Origin: Gammaproteobacteria bacterium
GTDB taxonomy: Bacteria; Pseudomonadota; Gammaproteobacteria; GCA-001735895
DNA length: 48,156 bases
Assembly (NCBI GenBank): GCA_024763505.1
Contig: JANTFI010000005.1
Location: forward strand, 1-48,156
Direction of reading: 5' to 3'
Positions 8,788-20,350 of this stretch are shown one piece after another (the stretch's first letter is position 1; each line of letters begins with the position of its first letter). The notes under the pieces are model-generated. The model did not search any database and was not told the origin of the DNA. It saw only the letters and a list, made by a program, of their open reading frames with translations. Both the position numbers and the translations under genes were made by a program.

Positions 8788-11553
8788 ATGAGCCAGCAAT
8801 TCGTTTATACCTTTGAGCAGGGAGATGGCAAAAACAAGATGCTGCTCGGCGGCAAAGGAGCCAACCTGTGTGAAATGACACAAATCGGTCTCAATGTACC
8901 GCCCGGTTTTGTGATCACTACAGAAGCCTGTCTGGCACATTTGCAAGACAAGGAAAACCTGCCCGAAGGATTGATGGATCAGGTGCGCGACAACATGGCC
9001 GAGTTGGAAAAGAAAACCGGCAAAACCTTTGGTGGACGCGAAAAACCTCTGCTGGTATCAGTGCGCTCCGGCTCAGCGATGTCGATGCCAGGCATGATGG
9101 ATACCATTCTCAATCTCGGCCTCAATAGTGAAACCATTTTGGGCTTGATCGAACAAAGTGGTAACGAACGCTTCGGCTGGGATTCTTATCGTCGTTTTAT
9201 TCAACTGTTCGGCAAAGTGGCACTGGGTATTGCCGATGAAGAATTTGATGAAGAATTCGATCAGATCAAGCGTGATGTCGGTGTCACTACCGATCTGGCG
9301 CTCAGTGCCGAAGATTTGCAACGCGCCACCGAGCGCTTCCTCGAAGTAGTCAAGCGCGTGACCGGGCTACCATTTCCGGAAGATCCGATGGTTCAGCTGG
9401 AAATCGCCATCAAGGCTGTGTTCAATTCATGGGATGGCAAGCGCGCGGTCGATTACCGGCGCGAATTCAATATCACCCCGGACATGGCTAATGGTACCGC
9501 AGTGAATATCTGCACCATGGTATTTGGTAACCTCGGAAATGATTCCGCCACCGGTGTTGCGTTTACGCGTTATCCCGACACCGGCGCCAACGAGCTGTTT
9601 GGTGAGTATCTGGTCAATGCGCAGGGCGAAGATGTGGTGGCCGGCATTCGCACACCCAAGCCGATCGATGCCATGCTGGATGAAATGCCGGCGTTGTACA
9701 AACAACTCAAGCAATTGCGTGACAAGTTGGAAGGGCATTATCACGAAGTGCAGGATTTCGAATTCACCATCGAAAAAGGACAGCTCTACTGCCTGCAAAC
9801 GCGCAACGGCAAGATGAACGCGGTGGCGATGGTGCGCACCTCGGTGGATATGGTGCGCGAAGCCCTGATCGACAAGAAACAGGCGTTGATGCGCATCCAA
9901 CCCGATTTGCTCGAACAATTATTGTTTCCGCGTCTCGACAGCAACACGCGCCGCGTGCCGGTAGCGCGCGGGTTGCCGGCTTCACCGGGCGCTGCGGTCG
10001 GGCATGCTGTGTTCGATGCCGATCGCGCCGAAGAACTCGGGCGTAAGGGCGAGCGCGTAATTTTGCTGCGTGAAGAAACCAAGCCGGAAGATATCCACGG
10101 CTTTTTTGCTTCTCAAGGTATACTTACCGCACGCGGTGGTAAAACCTCGCACGCTGCTGTGGTTGCACGCGGCATGGGTAAACCCTGTGTCGCCGGGGCC
10201 GAAGGCATTCATGTCGATGTCGCGCTTCGCGTTGCTACCGTCGGTCAAAACACCATTGCCGAGGGCGATTTGATCACCATAGATGGCACCACCGGTGACG
10301 TCTATCTGGGTGAAGTCGAGATGATCGAAGCCGAGTTTTCTTCCGAACTGGATGTACTGCTGCAATGGGCCGATGAGCGCGCTCGGCTGGCTGTGATGGC
10401 CAATGCAGACACGCCGCAGGCAGCCAAACAGGCGCTCAAATACGGCGCTATGGGCATCGGCCTGTGCCGCACCGAACGTATGTTTAATGCCAAGGATCGC
10501 TTGCCGATCGTAATCGATATGATCGTGGCCGAAACTCCGGAGAAACGTCAGGAAGCGCTCGATCAGTTACTGCCGATCCAGCGTGAAGATTTCAAGGCGA
10601 TCCTGAAAATCATGACCCCCAAGCCGGTAACGATTCGTCTGCTCGACCCTCCGATCCATGAATTTCTGCCTTCCGAAAACCAACTGGTTGAAGAATTAAC
10701 GCAATTGCAACAATTACGCGATACCGTACAGGGTATGGGCGTGCTGACCGATGCGGTGGAACAGATTTACCGCAACGCCAGTGATGGAGAACCCAAACGC
10801 GTGCGTTATCTGGCCGATTCGCATCTGGTGGAAGAAGTGATCCAGAAGAAAACCAAAATCTTGCGCATGGTGCGCAACCTGTTTGAAACCAATCCGATGC
10901 TCGGTCACCGCGGCGTACGTCTGGGTATTACCTTTCCGGAAATTTACAAGATGCAGATTCAAGCCGTGCTCGAAGCGGCGGCCGAATGCACCAAGGAAGG
11001 TGACCGCGTGTGTCCCGAAATCATGGTACCGCAAGTATGTACGCTGGAAGAGCTCAACCGTGTCAAAATCTATGTCGATGAAATCCATCAGGAGGTTGAG
11101 CAGCGTTACGGCATTCAGGTCGATTTCAAATTTGGTTCGATGATCGAAGTTGTGCGCGCCTGTATGCGCGCCGACCGGTTGGCAGAAGAAGCCGAATTCT
11201 TTTCCTTTGGCACCAATGATTTATCACAGGCAACATTTTCTTTTTCTCGCGAAGATGCCGAAAACAAGTTTCTGCCGATGTATCACGAAAAGAAAATTCT
11301 GCAAGACAACCCTTTCGAAGTGCTTGATGTCAAAGGTGTTGGCAAGTTGATGGAACTGGCGATAAACTGGGGGCGGCAAACCCGACCCGACATGCGTATG
11401 GGCATCTGCGGCGAGCATGGAGGGCATCCACAATCGATTCATTTTTTCCATTGCATCGGGCTGACCTATGTGTCGTGTTCCGGTCCGCGCATACCCTCCG
11501 CGCGGCTGGCTGCGGCACAGGCAGCCCTGATGGAAGCGGAAAAATTCATGTAA
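8788..11553 (+). CDS. ppdK: Pyruvate, phosphate dikinase
   Basis: LLGGKGANL, LVSVRSGS, phospho-His motif GGKTSHAAVVAR, GLCRTE, FSFGTNDL, GICGEHGG. Confidence 0.97.
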   Translation: MSQQFVYTFEQGDGKNKMLLGGKGANLCEMTQIGLNVPPGFVITTEACLAHLQDKENLPEGLMDQVRDNMAELEKKTGKTFGGREKPLLVSVRSGSAMSMPGMMDTILNLGLNSETILGLIEQSGNERFGWDSYRRFIQLFGKVALGIADEEFDEEFDQIKRDVGVTTDLALSAEDLQRATERFLEVVKRVTGLPFPEDPMVQLEIAIKAVFNSWDGKRAVDYRREFNITPDMANGTAVNICTMVFGNLGNDSATGVAFTRYPDTGANELFGEYLVNAQGEDVVAGIRTPKPIDAMLDEMPALYKQLKQLRDKLEGHYHEVQDFEFTIEKGQLYCLQTRNGKMNAVAMVRTSVDMVREALIDKKQALMRIQPDLLEQLLFPRLDSNTRRVPVARGLPASPGAAVGHAVFDADRAEELGRKGERVILLREETKPEDIHGFFASQGILTARGGKTSHAAVVARGMGKPCVAGAEGIHVDVALRVATVGQNTIAEGDLITIDGTTGDVYLGEVEMIEAEFSSELDVLLQWADERARLAVMANADTPQAAKQALKYGAMGIGLCRTERMFNAKDRLPIVIDMIVAETPEKRQEALDQLLPIQREDFKAILKIMTPKPVTIRLLDPPIHEFLPSENQLVEELTQLQQLRDTVQGMGVLTDAVEQIYRNASDGEPKRVRYLADSHLVEEVIQKKTKILRMVRNLFETNPMLGHRGVRLGITFPEIYKMQIQAVLEAAAECTKEGDRVCPEIMVPQVCTLEELNRVKIYVDEIHQEVEQRYGIQVDFKFGSMIEVVRACMRADRLAEEAEFFSFGTNDLSQATFSFSREDAENKFLPMYHEKKILQDNPFEVLDVKGVGKLMELAINWGRQTRPDMRMGICGEHGGHPQSIHFFHCIGLTYVSCSGPRIPSARLAAAQAALMEAEKFM

Positions 11554-11579
11554 TAATTTTTTTAGCACAGGTAACGATT

Positions 11580-11780
11580 ATGAAAATGCAGGAAATCAGG
11601 GAAATCGCCAAACCTCTTGGCATTAAGACATCACGATTGAGCAAGATCAATCTGGTGCGAGCAATTCAATTGGCTGAAGGTAATTTTGCCTGCTTCGCCA
11701 CTGCGACTGCAGGCGAATGTGACCAGCTCGATTGTATCTGGCGCGGTGATTGTCTGCCACTGTCGAAAAAAGCGGCCTAG
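11580..11780 (+). CDS. Small SAP/Rho-N-like helical protein with a four-Cys C-terminal motif (66 aa)
   Basis: MKMQEIREIAK.LGI...K.NLVRAIQ.AEGN.ACF...C.Q..C.WR.DC; ATG at 11580 with CAGGT upstream. Confidence 0.75.
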   Translation: MKMQEIREIAKPLGIKTSRLSKINLVRAIQLAEGNFACFATATAGECDQLDCIWRGDCLPLSKKAA

Positions 11781-11882
11781 AAGCGGTAGTATTGCCTGTC
11801 AAGGTGCCAGAGGATGCGAACAAACATGCAATTCTCTGGCGGTTTTGGACAGTCATTATAAACTGACAAGACGGGTTTCAGA

Positions 11883-13337
11883 TCAACTGTTATCCGCGAT
11901 GGCCAACCGATACAACTCAATGTACTTCGCTGCACTGGCTTGCCAAGAGCGGTCCGGAGTCATGGCGTTGATTTGCAATTGTTTCCATCTCGGCTTGTCG
12001 CTGAAATCATCCAGCGCTCGCTGAATTGAGTGCAGCAACGCATCGGGCTTGTTTTCCGGAAGTTGATAGCCATTGGCGATGTGCTGTTCGAAATTTTCCT
12101 GATTGGCGTCTACCACACTGTCTGCCAGCCCGCCGACTTTGCTGGCAATCGGCAGGGTGCCATAGCGCAGGCTATATAACTGATTCAGCCCGCAGGGTTC
12201 AAACAAAGAGGGCATCAGATACAGGTCGGCAGAGGCCTCAATTTGATGCGACAGGCACTCATCATAACCGATGATCACCTTCAGGTTTTTCGGGTAACGT
12301 CTGGCCCATTCCTGCAGCGAGTCTTCGAAAGCCTTTTCCCCACTGCCGAGTACAACCAATTGCAACGGAAACTGCAACAGTTTTTGCATGGCTTCGAGAA
12401 GAATCGGCAAGCCTTTCTGTTCGACCAGACGGCTGATCATGCCGAGCATCGGAATCTGTCGATCGACGGGCAATTCAAGCTTTTTCTGCAACGTCTTTTT
12501 ATTGATCGATTTATCCTTGAGTGAATCAATATCATACTTTTTTGCCAGATAACGGTCAGTCGCAGGGTTCCACTCATCGGTGTTGATGCCATTGAGAATG
12601 CCAGACAGGCGACTGGCGCGATGGCGGAGTAATCCATCCAGCCCGTAACCGAATTCGGCTTGCTGGATTTCCCGGGCATAAGTCGGGCTAACCGTATTCA
12701 GTCGATCGGCAAATACCAGCCCGCCCTTGATGAAGGAAAACAGGCCGTGAAATTCGAGGCCGTGCATGCCCCACAGGCCGCCGGGTAATCCGAGCTCGAA
12801 GAAAACCCGGTCGTCGAACAAGCCCTGATAGGCGAGATTATGAATGGTGAAGAGGGTCGCCGGTCGTTGCAAAAATGTGTCCAGCAACGCGGGCACCAGA
12901 GCCGTTTGCCAGTCATTGCAATGCACCAGTCCTGGTTGCCAGTCGAGTCCGACGCGGTTCAGTGCAATATCGACGGCAACCTGGCAAAACAGTGCGAAAC
13001 GCAAGGCATTGTCCTGCCAGGGTTGACCATTGGTATCGAGATAAGGATTGCCGGGTCGACCGAACAGAGCCGGGCAATGCACCAGCAGTGTTTTCAGATC
13101 ATGGCCGGGCAGTGTGGTTTGCAGGATATCGATATCGTGATCGTAATGACGTGTGGAGGCTACCACCTGATAGTCGTCCAATTGTTCCAGCACACTTTGA
13201 TAGGCCGGTAGCAAAAGACGAATGTCGATGCCTGCTTGCTTCAGTGCCAGTGGCAGACTGCCGGCGACATCGGCCAACCCTCCGGTTTTTACTAATGGGT
13301 AGGCTTCACTACTGATGAAAAGAACTGGCTGTTTCAT
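11883..13337 (-). CDS. glgA: Glycogen synthase
   Basis: [31 protein letters not shown]; start at MKQPVLF overlaps the glgB stop. Confidence 0.96.
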   Translation of the reverse strand: MKQPVLFISSEAYPLVKTGGLADVAGSLPLALKQAGIDIRLLLPAYQSVLEQLDDYQVVASTRHYDHDIDILQTTLPGHDLKTLLVHCPALFGRPGNPYLDTNGQPWQDNALRFALFCQVAVDIALNRVGLDWQPGLVHCNDWQTALVPALLDTFLQRPATLFTIHNLAYQGLFDDRVFFELGLPGGLWGMHGLEFHGLFSFIKGGLVFADRLNTVSPTYAREIQQAEFGYGLDGLLRHRASRLSGILNGINTDEWNPATDRYLAKKYDIDSLKDKSINKKTLQKKLELPVDRQIPMLGMISRLVEQKGLPILLEAMQKLLQFPLQLVVLGSGEKAFEDSLQEWARRYPKNLKVIIGYDECLSHQIEASADLYLMPSLFEPCGLNQLYSLRYGTLPIASKVGGLADSVVDANQENFEQHIANGYQLPENKPDALLHSIQRALDDFSDKPRWKQLQINAMTPDRSWQASAAKYIELYRLAIADNS

Positions 13338-15535
13338 GATTTTTTCTTTAATACGATGCCGCCTAGTGGTGGCAGTGTCAATGTCAGCGAGTGTGGCCGG
13401 TTCATCCATGGTCGGTTGTCGGTGGCAATATGTATGCCGTTGCTGATGTTGCTACCACCGTAATAAGCCGAGTCGGAATTGAGGATTTCCTGATATTCAC
13501 CAGCGTCAGGTACTCCGATGCGATAGGGCTCGCGCACCACCGGGGTAAAGTTGAGCACGATGATCAGGGTTTGCCGTGCGCCATCCGGGCTGATGTCGTG
13601 GCGCAGGTAAGATAAAACCGATTGGTCGGTATCGTTGCAATCCAGCCATTCAAACCCCTGGGGTTCAAAATCATGCCGATGCAATGCGGCTTCGCAGCGG
13701 TGCAGTCGGTTCAGGTCGCGGACCAATGTTTTGACTCCATCATGGGGTGGATATTGCAGAGACAACCAGTCCAGTGCCCGGTCATGATCCCATTCATTGC
13801 GCTGGCCGAATTCACTGCCCATGAAAATCAGTTTTTTGCCCGGATAAGTGAACTGGTAGGTGTACAGCAGGCGCAGGTTGGCGAATTGTTGCCATTCGTC
13901 TCCCGGCATCTTATGCAGCATCGATGATTTGCCATGGACCACTTCGTCGTGTGAAAACGGTAATACAAAATTCTCGCTGAACAGATACAGCAAGCCGAAA
14001 GTCAACTGGTTGTGGTGATAATGCCGGTGCACCGGGTCTCTGGTCAGATAATCGAGAGTATCGTGCATCCAGCCCATGTTCCATTTCATCGAAAAGCCCA
14101 GACCGCCGATATCGACAGGCCGGGTGACTTGCGGCCATGAGGTCGATTCTTCGGCTATTACGACACAGCCAGGGTGTTCCGCATGCACAACGCGGTTGAG
14201 TTCGCGCAAAAATTCGATCGCCTCAAGATTTTCATTGCCGCCGTGAATATTCGGCACCCAGTCACCTTGTTCGCGTGAATAATCCAGATACAGCATCGAG
14301 GCAACGGCATCGACCCGCAAACCGTCCAGATGGTATTCCTCGAGCCAGAACAGGGCGCTTGCCAGCAGAAAATTTTTGACTTCGTTACGTCCGTAATTGT
14401 AGATCAGCGTACCCCAGTCGCGGTGCTCGCCCTTGCGCGGGTCTTCATGTTCGTACAAGGCACTGCCATCGAAGCGGGCCAAGCCATGCGCGTCGCGCGG
14501 AAAATGTGCCGGCACCCAGTCGAGAAGGATTCCAATGCCCTGCCGGTGCAGATAATCGACGAAATAATGAAAATCATCGGCATTGCCAAAACGTGCAGTC
14601 GGGGCAAAATAGCCAGTGGTCTGGTAACCCCAGGAGGCATCCAGCGGGTGTTCGGTGATCGGCAACAGTTCGATGTGGGTAAATCCCAGCTCGTTCACAT
14701 AGTCGGCCAGACGGTGAGCCAGTTCACGATAATTGAGAAATCCACCCTGCTCGTCGCGTTGCCAGGAACCCAGATGGACTTCATAGATCGACATTGGTTG
14801 ATGCAGCCAGTCTCGAGTTTTGCGGCCTTGTTGCCAGTCTTCGTCTTGCCACGGGTAGCGGCTTTCATTTCGCAGCCTAGATGCGGTGTGCGGGCGGATT
14901 TCGAACTGCTGGCCGTAAGGGTCGGTTTTTTGTAGTACCTGGCCAGTGTGGGTATTACGGATTTCAAACTTGTACAGGCAATTGCGGTCGATGCCGGGGA
15001 TAAAAATTTCCCATACGCCGCTGCTGCCGCGGCTTCGCATCGGGTGGACACGGCCGTCCCAGTCATTAAAATCGCCTATAACACTGACCCGGCTGGCATT
15101 GGGTGCCCAGCAAGCAAACAGTACGCCATCGATGTCTTCGACCTGATGGCGATGCGCGCCGAGAATTCGGTAGATATGCCAGTGGCGGCCCTGCGCGAAC
15201 AGGTGCAGGTCAAATTCGGCGATCTGCGGGGCAAAGCAGTACGGGTCATAAAAACTGATGGTTTGATGCTGGCTGTCGACTTTCTGCAAAAGATAGGGGC
15301 AACTGATATCATCGTCCATGCCGTTCCACTCGAACAGATCGGTATTTTCCAAGCGGGTGAATTTCGCGCCCGAGGGCATCAGTTTGAGTGACTGGGTGTG
15401 CGGAGAAAAAACCACGATGCGTCTCTGCTTGCCATCCTGGTGCAAGCCCAGCACAGAAAAGGGGTCATGATGAGTCGCTGACAAAATTTTCAATTGACCC
15501 TCGTTCATTGTTGGCGGTTTGGCAAGCTTGGTCAT
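13334..15535 (-). CDS. glgB: 1,4-alpha-glucan branching enzyme (GH13)
   Basis: [46 protein letters not shown]. Confidence 0.97.
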   Translation of the reverse strand: MTKLAKPPTMNEGQLKILSATHHDPFSVLGLHQDGKQRRIVVFSPHTQSLKLMPSGAKFTRLENTDLFEWNGMDDDISCPYLLQKVDSQHQTISFYDPYCFAPQIAEFDLHLFAQGRHWHIYRILGAHRHQVEDIDGVLFACWAPNASRVSVIGDFNDWDGRVHPMRSRGSSGVWEIFIPGIDRNCLYKFEIRNTHTGQVLQKTDPYGQQFEIRPHTASRLRNESRYPWQDEDWQQGRKTRDWLHQPMSIYEVHLGSWQRDEQGGFLNYRELAHRLADYVNELGFTHIELLPITEHPLDASWGYQTTGYFAPTARFGNADDFHYFVDYLHRQGIGILLDWVPAHFPRDAHGLARFDGSALYEHEDPRKGEHRDWGTLIYNYGRNEVKNFLLASALFWLEEYHLDGLRVDAVASMLYLDYSREQGDWVPNIHGGNENLEAIEFLRELNRVVHAEHPGCVVIAEESTSWPQVTRPVDIGGLGFSMKWNMGWMHDTLDYLTRDPVHRHYHHNQLTFGLLYLFSENFVLPFSHDEVVHGKSSMLHKMPGDEWQQFANLRLLYTYQFTYPGKKLIFMGSEFGQRNEWDHDRALDWLSLQYPPHDGVKTLVRDLNRLHRCEAALHRHDFEPQGFEWLDCNDTDQSVLSYLRHDISPDGARQTLIIVLNFTPVVREPYRIGVPDAGEYQEILNSDSAYYGGSNISNGIHIATDNRPWMNRPHSLTLTLPPLGGIVLKKKS

Positions 15536-15561
15536 CGATAGGATTCCTTAAACGGTCAGAA

Positions 15562-15598
15562 TTGATACAGGTCAACCCGGCAGATTGATATAGCTCAA
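15562..15598. promoter_or_regulatory. Two tandem FNR-like boxes just upstream of glgB (TTGAT-ACAG-GTCAA at 15562-15575; TTGAT-ATAG-CTCAA at 15585-15598)
   Basis: Each has one mismatch to TTGAT-N4-ATCAA; centres 23 bp apart; 27-63 bp upstream of the glgB start. Confidence 0.65.
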
Positions 15599-15884
15599 TC
15601 TTTACATATTTCTGCAGGCCGACATAGCCACTATAGTGATATGCTGGGCTGAAATAAATGACTTATATCCTTCCTCGCTTGATTCGCCACTAGCGGTTCG
15701 GTTCAACCGGCGATAAACTTCAGCAACGGGTGATTGGCAGGATAATATTGCGGCATTATTACGGTGTATCGGTTGCCGATGCATGGGCTCACCGGCAGGA
15801 AGAGAAACTTGCAGGTTTGCACGGCCAGACTGCCACCGTCGCTGGCCGGTTATCGATTTCAATCTCAAATTTGAAGGATGCTTT

Positions 15885-17156
15885 ATGACTTCACAATGTT
15901 CGTTACGTTTTGTCAGCCGTCTCACTCGCGACACATTGGCGCTGATCATGGCCGGAGGGAGAGGATCCCGCCTCAAGCAATTAACCGAGTGGCGGGCCAA
16001 GCCGGCGGTACCGTTTGGTGGTAAATTTCGCATCATCGATTTCCCGCTCTCCAACTGTGTCAACTCGGGTATTCGGCGCATCGGTGTAATCACCCAGTAC
16101 AAGGCGCATTCACTGATTACTCACACCCAGAAAGGCTGGAGTCACTTGCGTGGCGAATTTGGCGAATTTGTCGAATTATGGCCGGCACAGCAACGAGTGG
16201 ATGAAAAATCCTGGTATGCCGGTACAGCAGATTCAATTTTCCAGAATCTCGATTTGATCAACATGCATGACCCGAAATATGTATTGATTCTGGCGGGCGA
16301 CCATATTTATAAAATGGACTATGGCGCTATGATCGCAACTCATGTCGAAACCCGGGCGGATATCACGGTCGGTTGCATTCAGGTGCCACTGCAGGATGCC
16401 CGTGGCTATGGTGTGATGGAAGCAGAAGAGAATAATCGCATCCGCAGTTTTGCTGAAAAACCACAAGACCCCAAGCCGATGCCGGGCAGCGACTCGGAAG
16501 CATTGTGCTCGATGGGTATTTATATCTTCAACAAGGATTTCCTGTTCGAGCAACTCAAACGCGATCACGACAATCCTGGTTCATCGCGTGATTTTGGCAA
16601 GGATGTCATCCCCGCGGCAATTGATGAATATCAGGTTTACGCCTATCCGTTTCGGGATGTGCAAAGCGGCAAGCAATCCTACTGGCGGGATGTCGGGACG
16701 GTCGACGCTTACTGGAAAGCCAACCTGGAATTGATCGGGGTCACCCCTGACCTGAATCTGTACGACAACGAATGGCCGATCTGGACTTTTCAGGAACAGT
16801 TACCACCCGCAAAATTTATTTTCGATGATGATAAACGGCGCGGCATGGCGGTGGATTCGATGGTCTCCGGCGGTTGTATTATCTCCGGGTCACTGGTGCG
16901 ACATTCGTTATTGTTTTCCAACGTCTGCATCGATGATTTTTCACATATCGAAAACACGGTGGTGTTGCCGGATGTCATTATCGGTAAACATTGCACGATC
17001 AAAAATGCCATTATTGATAAGGGTTGCCTTATTCCTGACGGAACGAAAATCGGTGTCGACAAAACAGCCGATCGCCAGCGCTTTCATGTCTCGGAGGGCG
17101 GGGTCACACTGGTTACACCCGAAATGATGGGACAGGAATTTCATAATGTCAGCTAA
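15885..17156 (+). CDS. glgC: Glucose-1-phosphate adenylyltransferase
   Basis: [49 protein letters not shown]; GAAGGA RBS before the ATG at 15885. Confidence 0.97.
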   Translation: MTSQCSLRFVSRLTRDTLALIMAGGRGSRLKQLTEWRAKPAVPFGGKFRIIDFPLSNCVNSGIRRIGVITQYKAHSLITHTQKGWSHLRGEFGEFVELWPAQQRVDEKSWYAGTADSIFQNLDLINMHDPKYVLILAGDHIYKMDYGAMIATHVETRADITVGCIQVPLQDARGYGVMEAEENNRIRSFAEKPQDPKPMPGSDSEALCSMGIYIFNKDFLFEQLKRDHDNPGSSRDFGKDVIPAAIDEYQVYAYPFRDVQSGKQSYWRDVGTVDAYWKANLELIGVTPDLNLYDNEWPIWTFQEQLPPAKFIFDDDKRRGMAVDSMVSGGCIISGSLVRHSLLFSNVCIDDFSHIENTVVLPDVIIGKHCTIKNAIIDKGCLIPDGTKIGVDKTADRQRFHVSEGGVTLVTPEMMGQEFHNVS

Positions 17157-18852
17157 GAGCCCCGTTGCACCGATCAATGTTGTACTGTACTGGCACATGC
17201 ATCAGCCTGAATACCGCGATTTACGCAGCGGCGAATACAGTCTGCCGTGGACGTATCTGCACGCGATCAAGGATTATGTCGATATGGTTGCTCACATCGA
17301 AAACGAACCGAAGGCTCGTGCGGTGGTCAATTTCGCACCAGTATTGCTGGAACAGATCGAGGACTATGCCGAGCAGCTCGAGGGTTATCTGAAACACGGC
17401 TCGGCCCTGCGTGATCCATTGTTGCGCGCGCTGGCGGATCCTGTCATCAGCAAGAATCAGCAAACGCGACTGACGTTGTTATCCGATTGCCTGCGCGCCA
17501 ATGAAAACCGGCTGATCGAGCGTTTCGATGAATATCGGCAACTGGCTGAAATCGCAAGATCGATTCAGGACAACCCGACGAGTGTCGCTTATTACGACGA
17601 ACAGTTTTTTGCCGACCTGCTGGTGTGGTATCACCTTGCATGGCTGGCAGAAACCGAGCGGCGCAAAAACAAACGCATCCAGTTGCTGATGAAAAAAGGT
17701 TGCCTGTTCTCGGTCCATGATCGCCGTTTTCTGGTGGAAATTATCCATGAAATGATCGTGCCGCTACTCGGGCGCTATCAAAAGCTGGCGCAGCAGGGTC
17801 GAATTGAACTTTCGATGACGCCTTATGCGCATCCTATCATGCCCTTACTGATCGATTTCAAGTCGGCACGCGAAGCAATGCCGGATGTGGAGTTGCCACA
17901 GGCGCCGGTCTACCCGCAGGGCGAACAACGCAGTTTATGGCATATCGTTCGCGGCTTGCAGGTTTTTCAGCGCGTATTCGGATTTACTCCTCAGGGTTGC
18001 TGGCCCTCTGAAGGCAGCGTCAGCGAAGAGGTGGTCGAATTATTGTCTGAGCAGGGCTTTAACTGGCTTGCCAGCGGCGAAACGGTTCTGCGTCATTCGC
18101 TGGCAGCTTCAGGCCTTGGCACCGATCAATGTATTCACACTGCTTATCAACTAGGCGAAAACCGGCCTGCCTGCTTTTTTCGCGATGACGGCTTGTCTGA
18201 TCTGATCGGTTTCGAATATGCCAACTGGCATGCCGATGATGCCGTAGCCAATCTGATCAGTAAAATCGAAAACATAGCCGATGCTTGTGCCGATCATCCG
18301 CAAGCGATTGTGTCGATCATCATGGATGGGGAAAACGCCTGGGAATATTACCCGGAAAATGCTTTTTATTTCCTGTCTGCGTTGTACAAGAAACTGGCCG
18401 CACATGAACGTATTCGATTGACTACCTACAGTGATTATCTGCAGCAACAACCACCGCGGCAGAATTTGAGCAAACTGGTGGCCGGAAGCTGGGTCTATGG
18501 CACTTTTTCAACCTGGATTGGCGACAAGGACAAGAACCGAGCCTGGGACATGCTGGTCGAAGCGCGTCAGGTGTACGATGAAGTGCTGGCACAAAACAAG
18601 CTCAGTGAAACTGAATTACAGCGCGCCGAACGGCAACTGGCGATCTGCGAAGGCTCGGACTGGTTCTGGTGGTTTGGTGACTATAATCCGGCCGATTCGG
18701 TGCAGGCCTTTGATGAAAAGTACCGGTTACATCTGTGCAACCTGTACAGCATCCTCGGGCGGGAACCGCCGGAATACCTGTCGCATGCCTTTTCTCAAGG
18801 CAGTGGTTCACCAGCCCGGGGTGGGGTGATGTTGCCGGGTAAACAGCTTTGA
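17146..18852 (+). CDS. Glycoside hydrolase family 57 (amylopullulanase-like)
   Basis: [21 protein letters not shown] (nucleophile Glu), IMDGENAWE (acid/base Asp), EGSDWFWW. Confidence 0.9.
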   Translation: MSAKSPVAPINVVLYWHMHQPEYRDLRSGEYSLPWTYLHAIKDYVDMVAHIENEPKARAVVNFAPVLLEQIEDYAEQLEGYLKHGSALRDPLLRALADPVISKNQQTRLTLLSDCLRANENRLIERFDEYRQLAEIARSIQDNPTSVAYYDEQFFADLLVWYHLAWLAETERRKNKRIQLLMKKGCLFSVHDRRFLVEIIHEMIVPLLGRYQKLAQQGRIELSMTPYAHPIMPLLIDFKSAREAMPDVELPQAPVYPQGEQRSLWHIVRGLQVFQRVFGFTPQGCWPSEGSVSEEVVELLSEQGFNWLASGETVLRHSLAASGLGTDQCIHTAYQLGENRPACFFRDDGLSDLIGFEYANWHADDAVANLISKIENIADACADHPQAIVSIIMDGENAWEYYPENAFYFLSALYKKLAAHERIRLTTYSDYLQQQPPRQNLSKLVAGSWVYGTFSTWIGDKDKNRAWDMLVEARQVYDEVLAQNKLSETELQRAERQLAICEGSDWFWWFGDYNPADSVQAFDEKYRLHLCNLYSILGREPPEYLSHAFSQGSGSPARGGVMLPGKQL

Positions 18853-20336
18853 GTCAGATAGCATTTCTTGACCACCGGCGTGCCGGAGTATTGCTGCATC
18901 CGACCTCACTGCCCGGTGAATATGGCACCGGCGACATCGGTGCCGAGGCGTATCATTTTATCGATTTTATGGTAGCCAGCGGGCTATCGGTTTGGCAAAT
19001 GTTGCCGCTCGGGCCGACTCATAATGATGGTTCGCCGTACCAATGCCTGTCGGTTCATGCCAGTAATACGCAGTTGATCGATCTGGACTGGCTTGAACGT
19101 CAGGGCTGGCTGAAAATTTCGAAAATCGAAGCAGACCGGCAATCAACGGATTTTCGGGAACAGTGTCTCAGGCAAGCTTTTTCGGGTTTTCAAAAACAGG
19201 CGCAAAGCGACTGGCACAATCGTTTGCAACAGTGGGCCAACGAACAGTCATACTGGCTCGATGATTATGCCTTGTTTATGGCAATCAAGCAGGCACGGCA
19301 AGATGCCACCTGGAATGACTGGCCGGCACCGCTACGCCAACGCGAAGCCGGTGCGCTGGTTGCAGCCCGTCGTAAATACCGCGCTCAGATGGATTTTATT
19401 GTGTTCGGGCAATTTGTATTTCATACCCAGTGGCATGCGTTGCGTGAATATGCTCGAGCACGAAGTATATTGCTGTTTGGCGATATGCCTTTCTATGTCG
19501 CATACGACAGTGCCGATGTGTGGGCGCAACGTGAGCATTTTCTGATCGATCGGGATGGGCATTGCAGTCAGGTTGCCGGAGTGCCACCGGATGCCTTTTC
19601 CGAGCAGGGCCAACGCTGGGGTAATCCACTGTATGATTGGTCCCATCATCAACAGTCCGGTTTTCGCTGGTGGCAACAGCGCTTCGCCAGCCAGCTCGAA
19701 TACTTCGACCTGATCCGCATCGACCATTTTCGCGGACTCGAAGCCTGCTGGCATATCGACGCTGATGAGCCAACCGCGATCCATGGCCACTGGGTGAACA
19801 GCCCGGGTCAAGAACTGTTGCAATCATTGACCGATGCATTTGGTCCATTACCGTTGGTGGCGGAAGACCTTGGCTTGATCACGAACTCAGTGATCGATTT
19901 GCGTGAGCAATTCCACTTGCCTGGCATGAAAGTTTTACAATTCGCTTTTGATGGTGATGCGCGCAATCTGTATTTGCCACATAACCACCAGCGCAACGGG
20001 GTGGTTTATACCGGTACTCATGACAACAACACTACACTGGGATGGTATCGGCAACTAGATCCCGATTCTCGTCGTTTTCTGCACCATTATCTGGGGGTAA
20101 GCGAAAGTACAGAACTGGATATGCCATGGGTGATGAACCGGCTGGCGCTGTGCTCGGTGGCTGAGCTGGCGGTCCTGCCGATGCAGGATATCCTCAGTCT
20201 CGATGCCCACAGTCGGATGAATGTGCCCGGAACCACGGAAGGTAATTGGCAGTGGCGCTTCGAATGGTCGCAATTATGGCCGCAACTGGCTGCTGATTTG
20301 CGCCAATTGTCGGGCTTGTATCAGCGCCTGATATGA
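18849..20336 (+). CDS. malQ: 4-alpha-glucanotransferase (GH77)
   Basis: GVLLHPTSLP, GQRWGNPLY, RIDHFRG, AEDLG, YTGTHDNNT, RMNVPGT. Confidence 0.95.
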   Translation: MSQIAFLDHRRAGVLLHPTSLPGEYGTGDIGAEAYHFIDFMVASGLSVWQMLPLGPTHNDGSPYQCLSVHASNTQLIDLDWLERQGWLKISKIEADRQSTDFREQCLRQAFSGFQKQAQSDWHNRLQQWANEQSYWLDDYALFMAIKQARQDATWNDWPAPLRQREAGALVAARRKYRAQMDFIVFGQFVFHTQWHALREYARARSILLFGDMPFYVAYDSADVWAQREHFLIDRDGHCSQVAGVPPDAFSEQGQRWGNPLYDWSHHQQSGFRWWQQRFASQLEYFDLIRIDHFRGLEACWHIDADEPTAIHGHWVNSPGQELLQSLTDAFGPLPLVAEDLGLITNSVIDLREQFHLPGMKVLQFAFDGDARNLYLPHNHQRNGVVYTGTHDNNTTLGWYRQLDPDSRRFLHHYLGVSESTELDMPWVMNRLALCSVAELAVLPMQDILSLDAHSRMNVPGTTEGNWQWRFEWSQLWPQLAADLRQLSGLYQRLI

Positions 20337-20350
20337 ACTCAGGGCAATCT

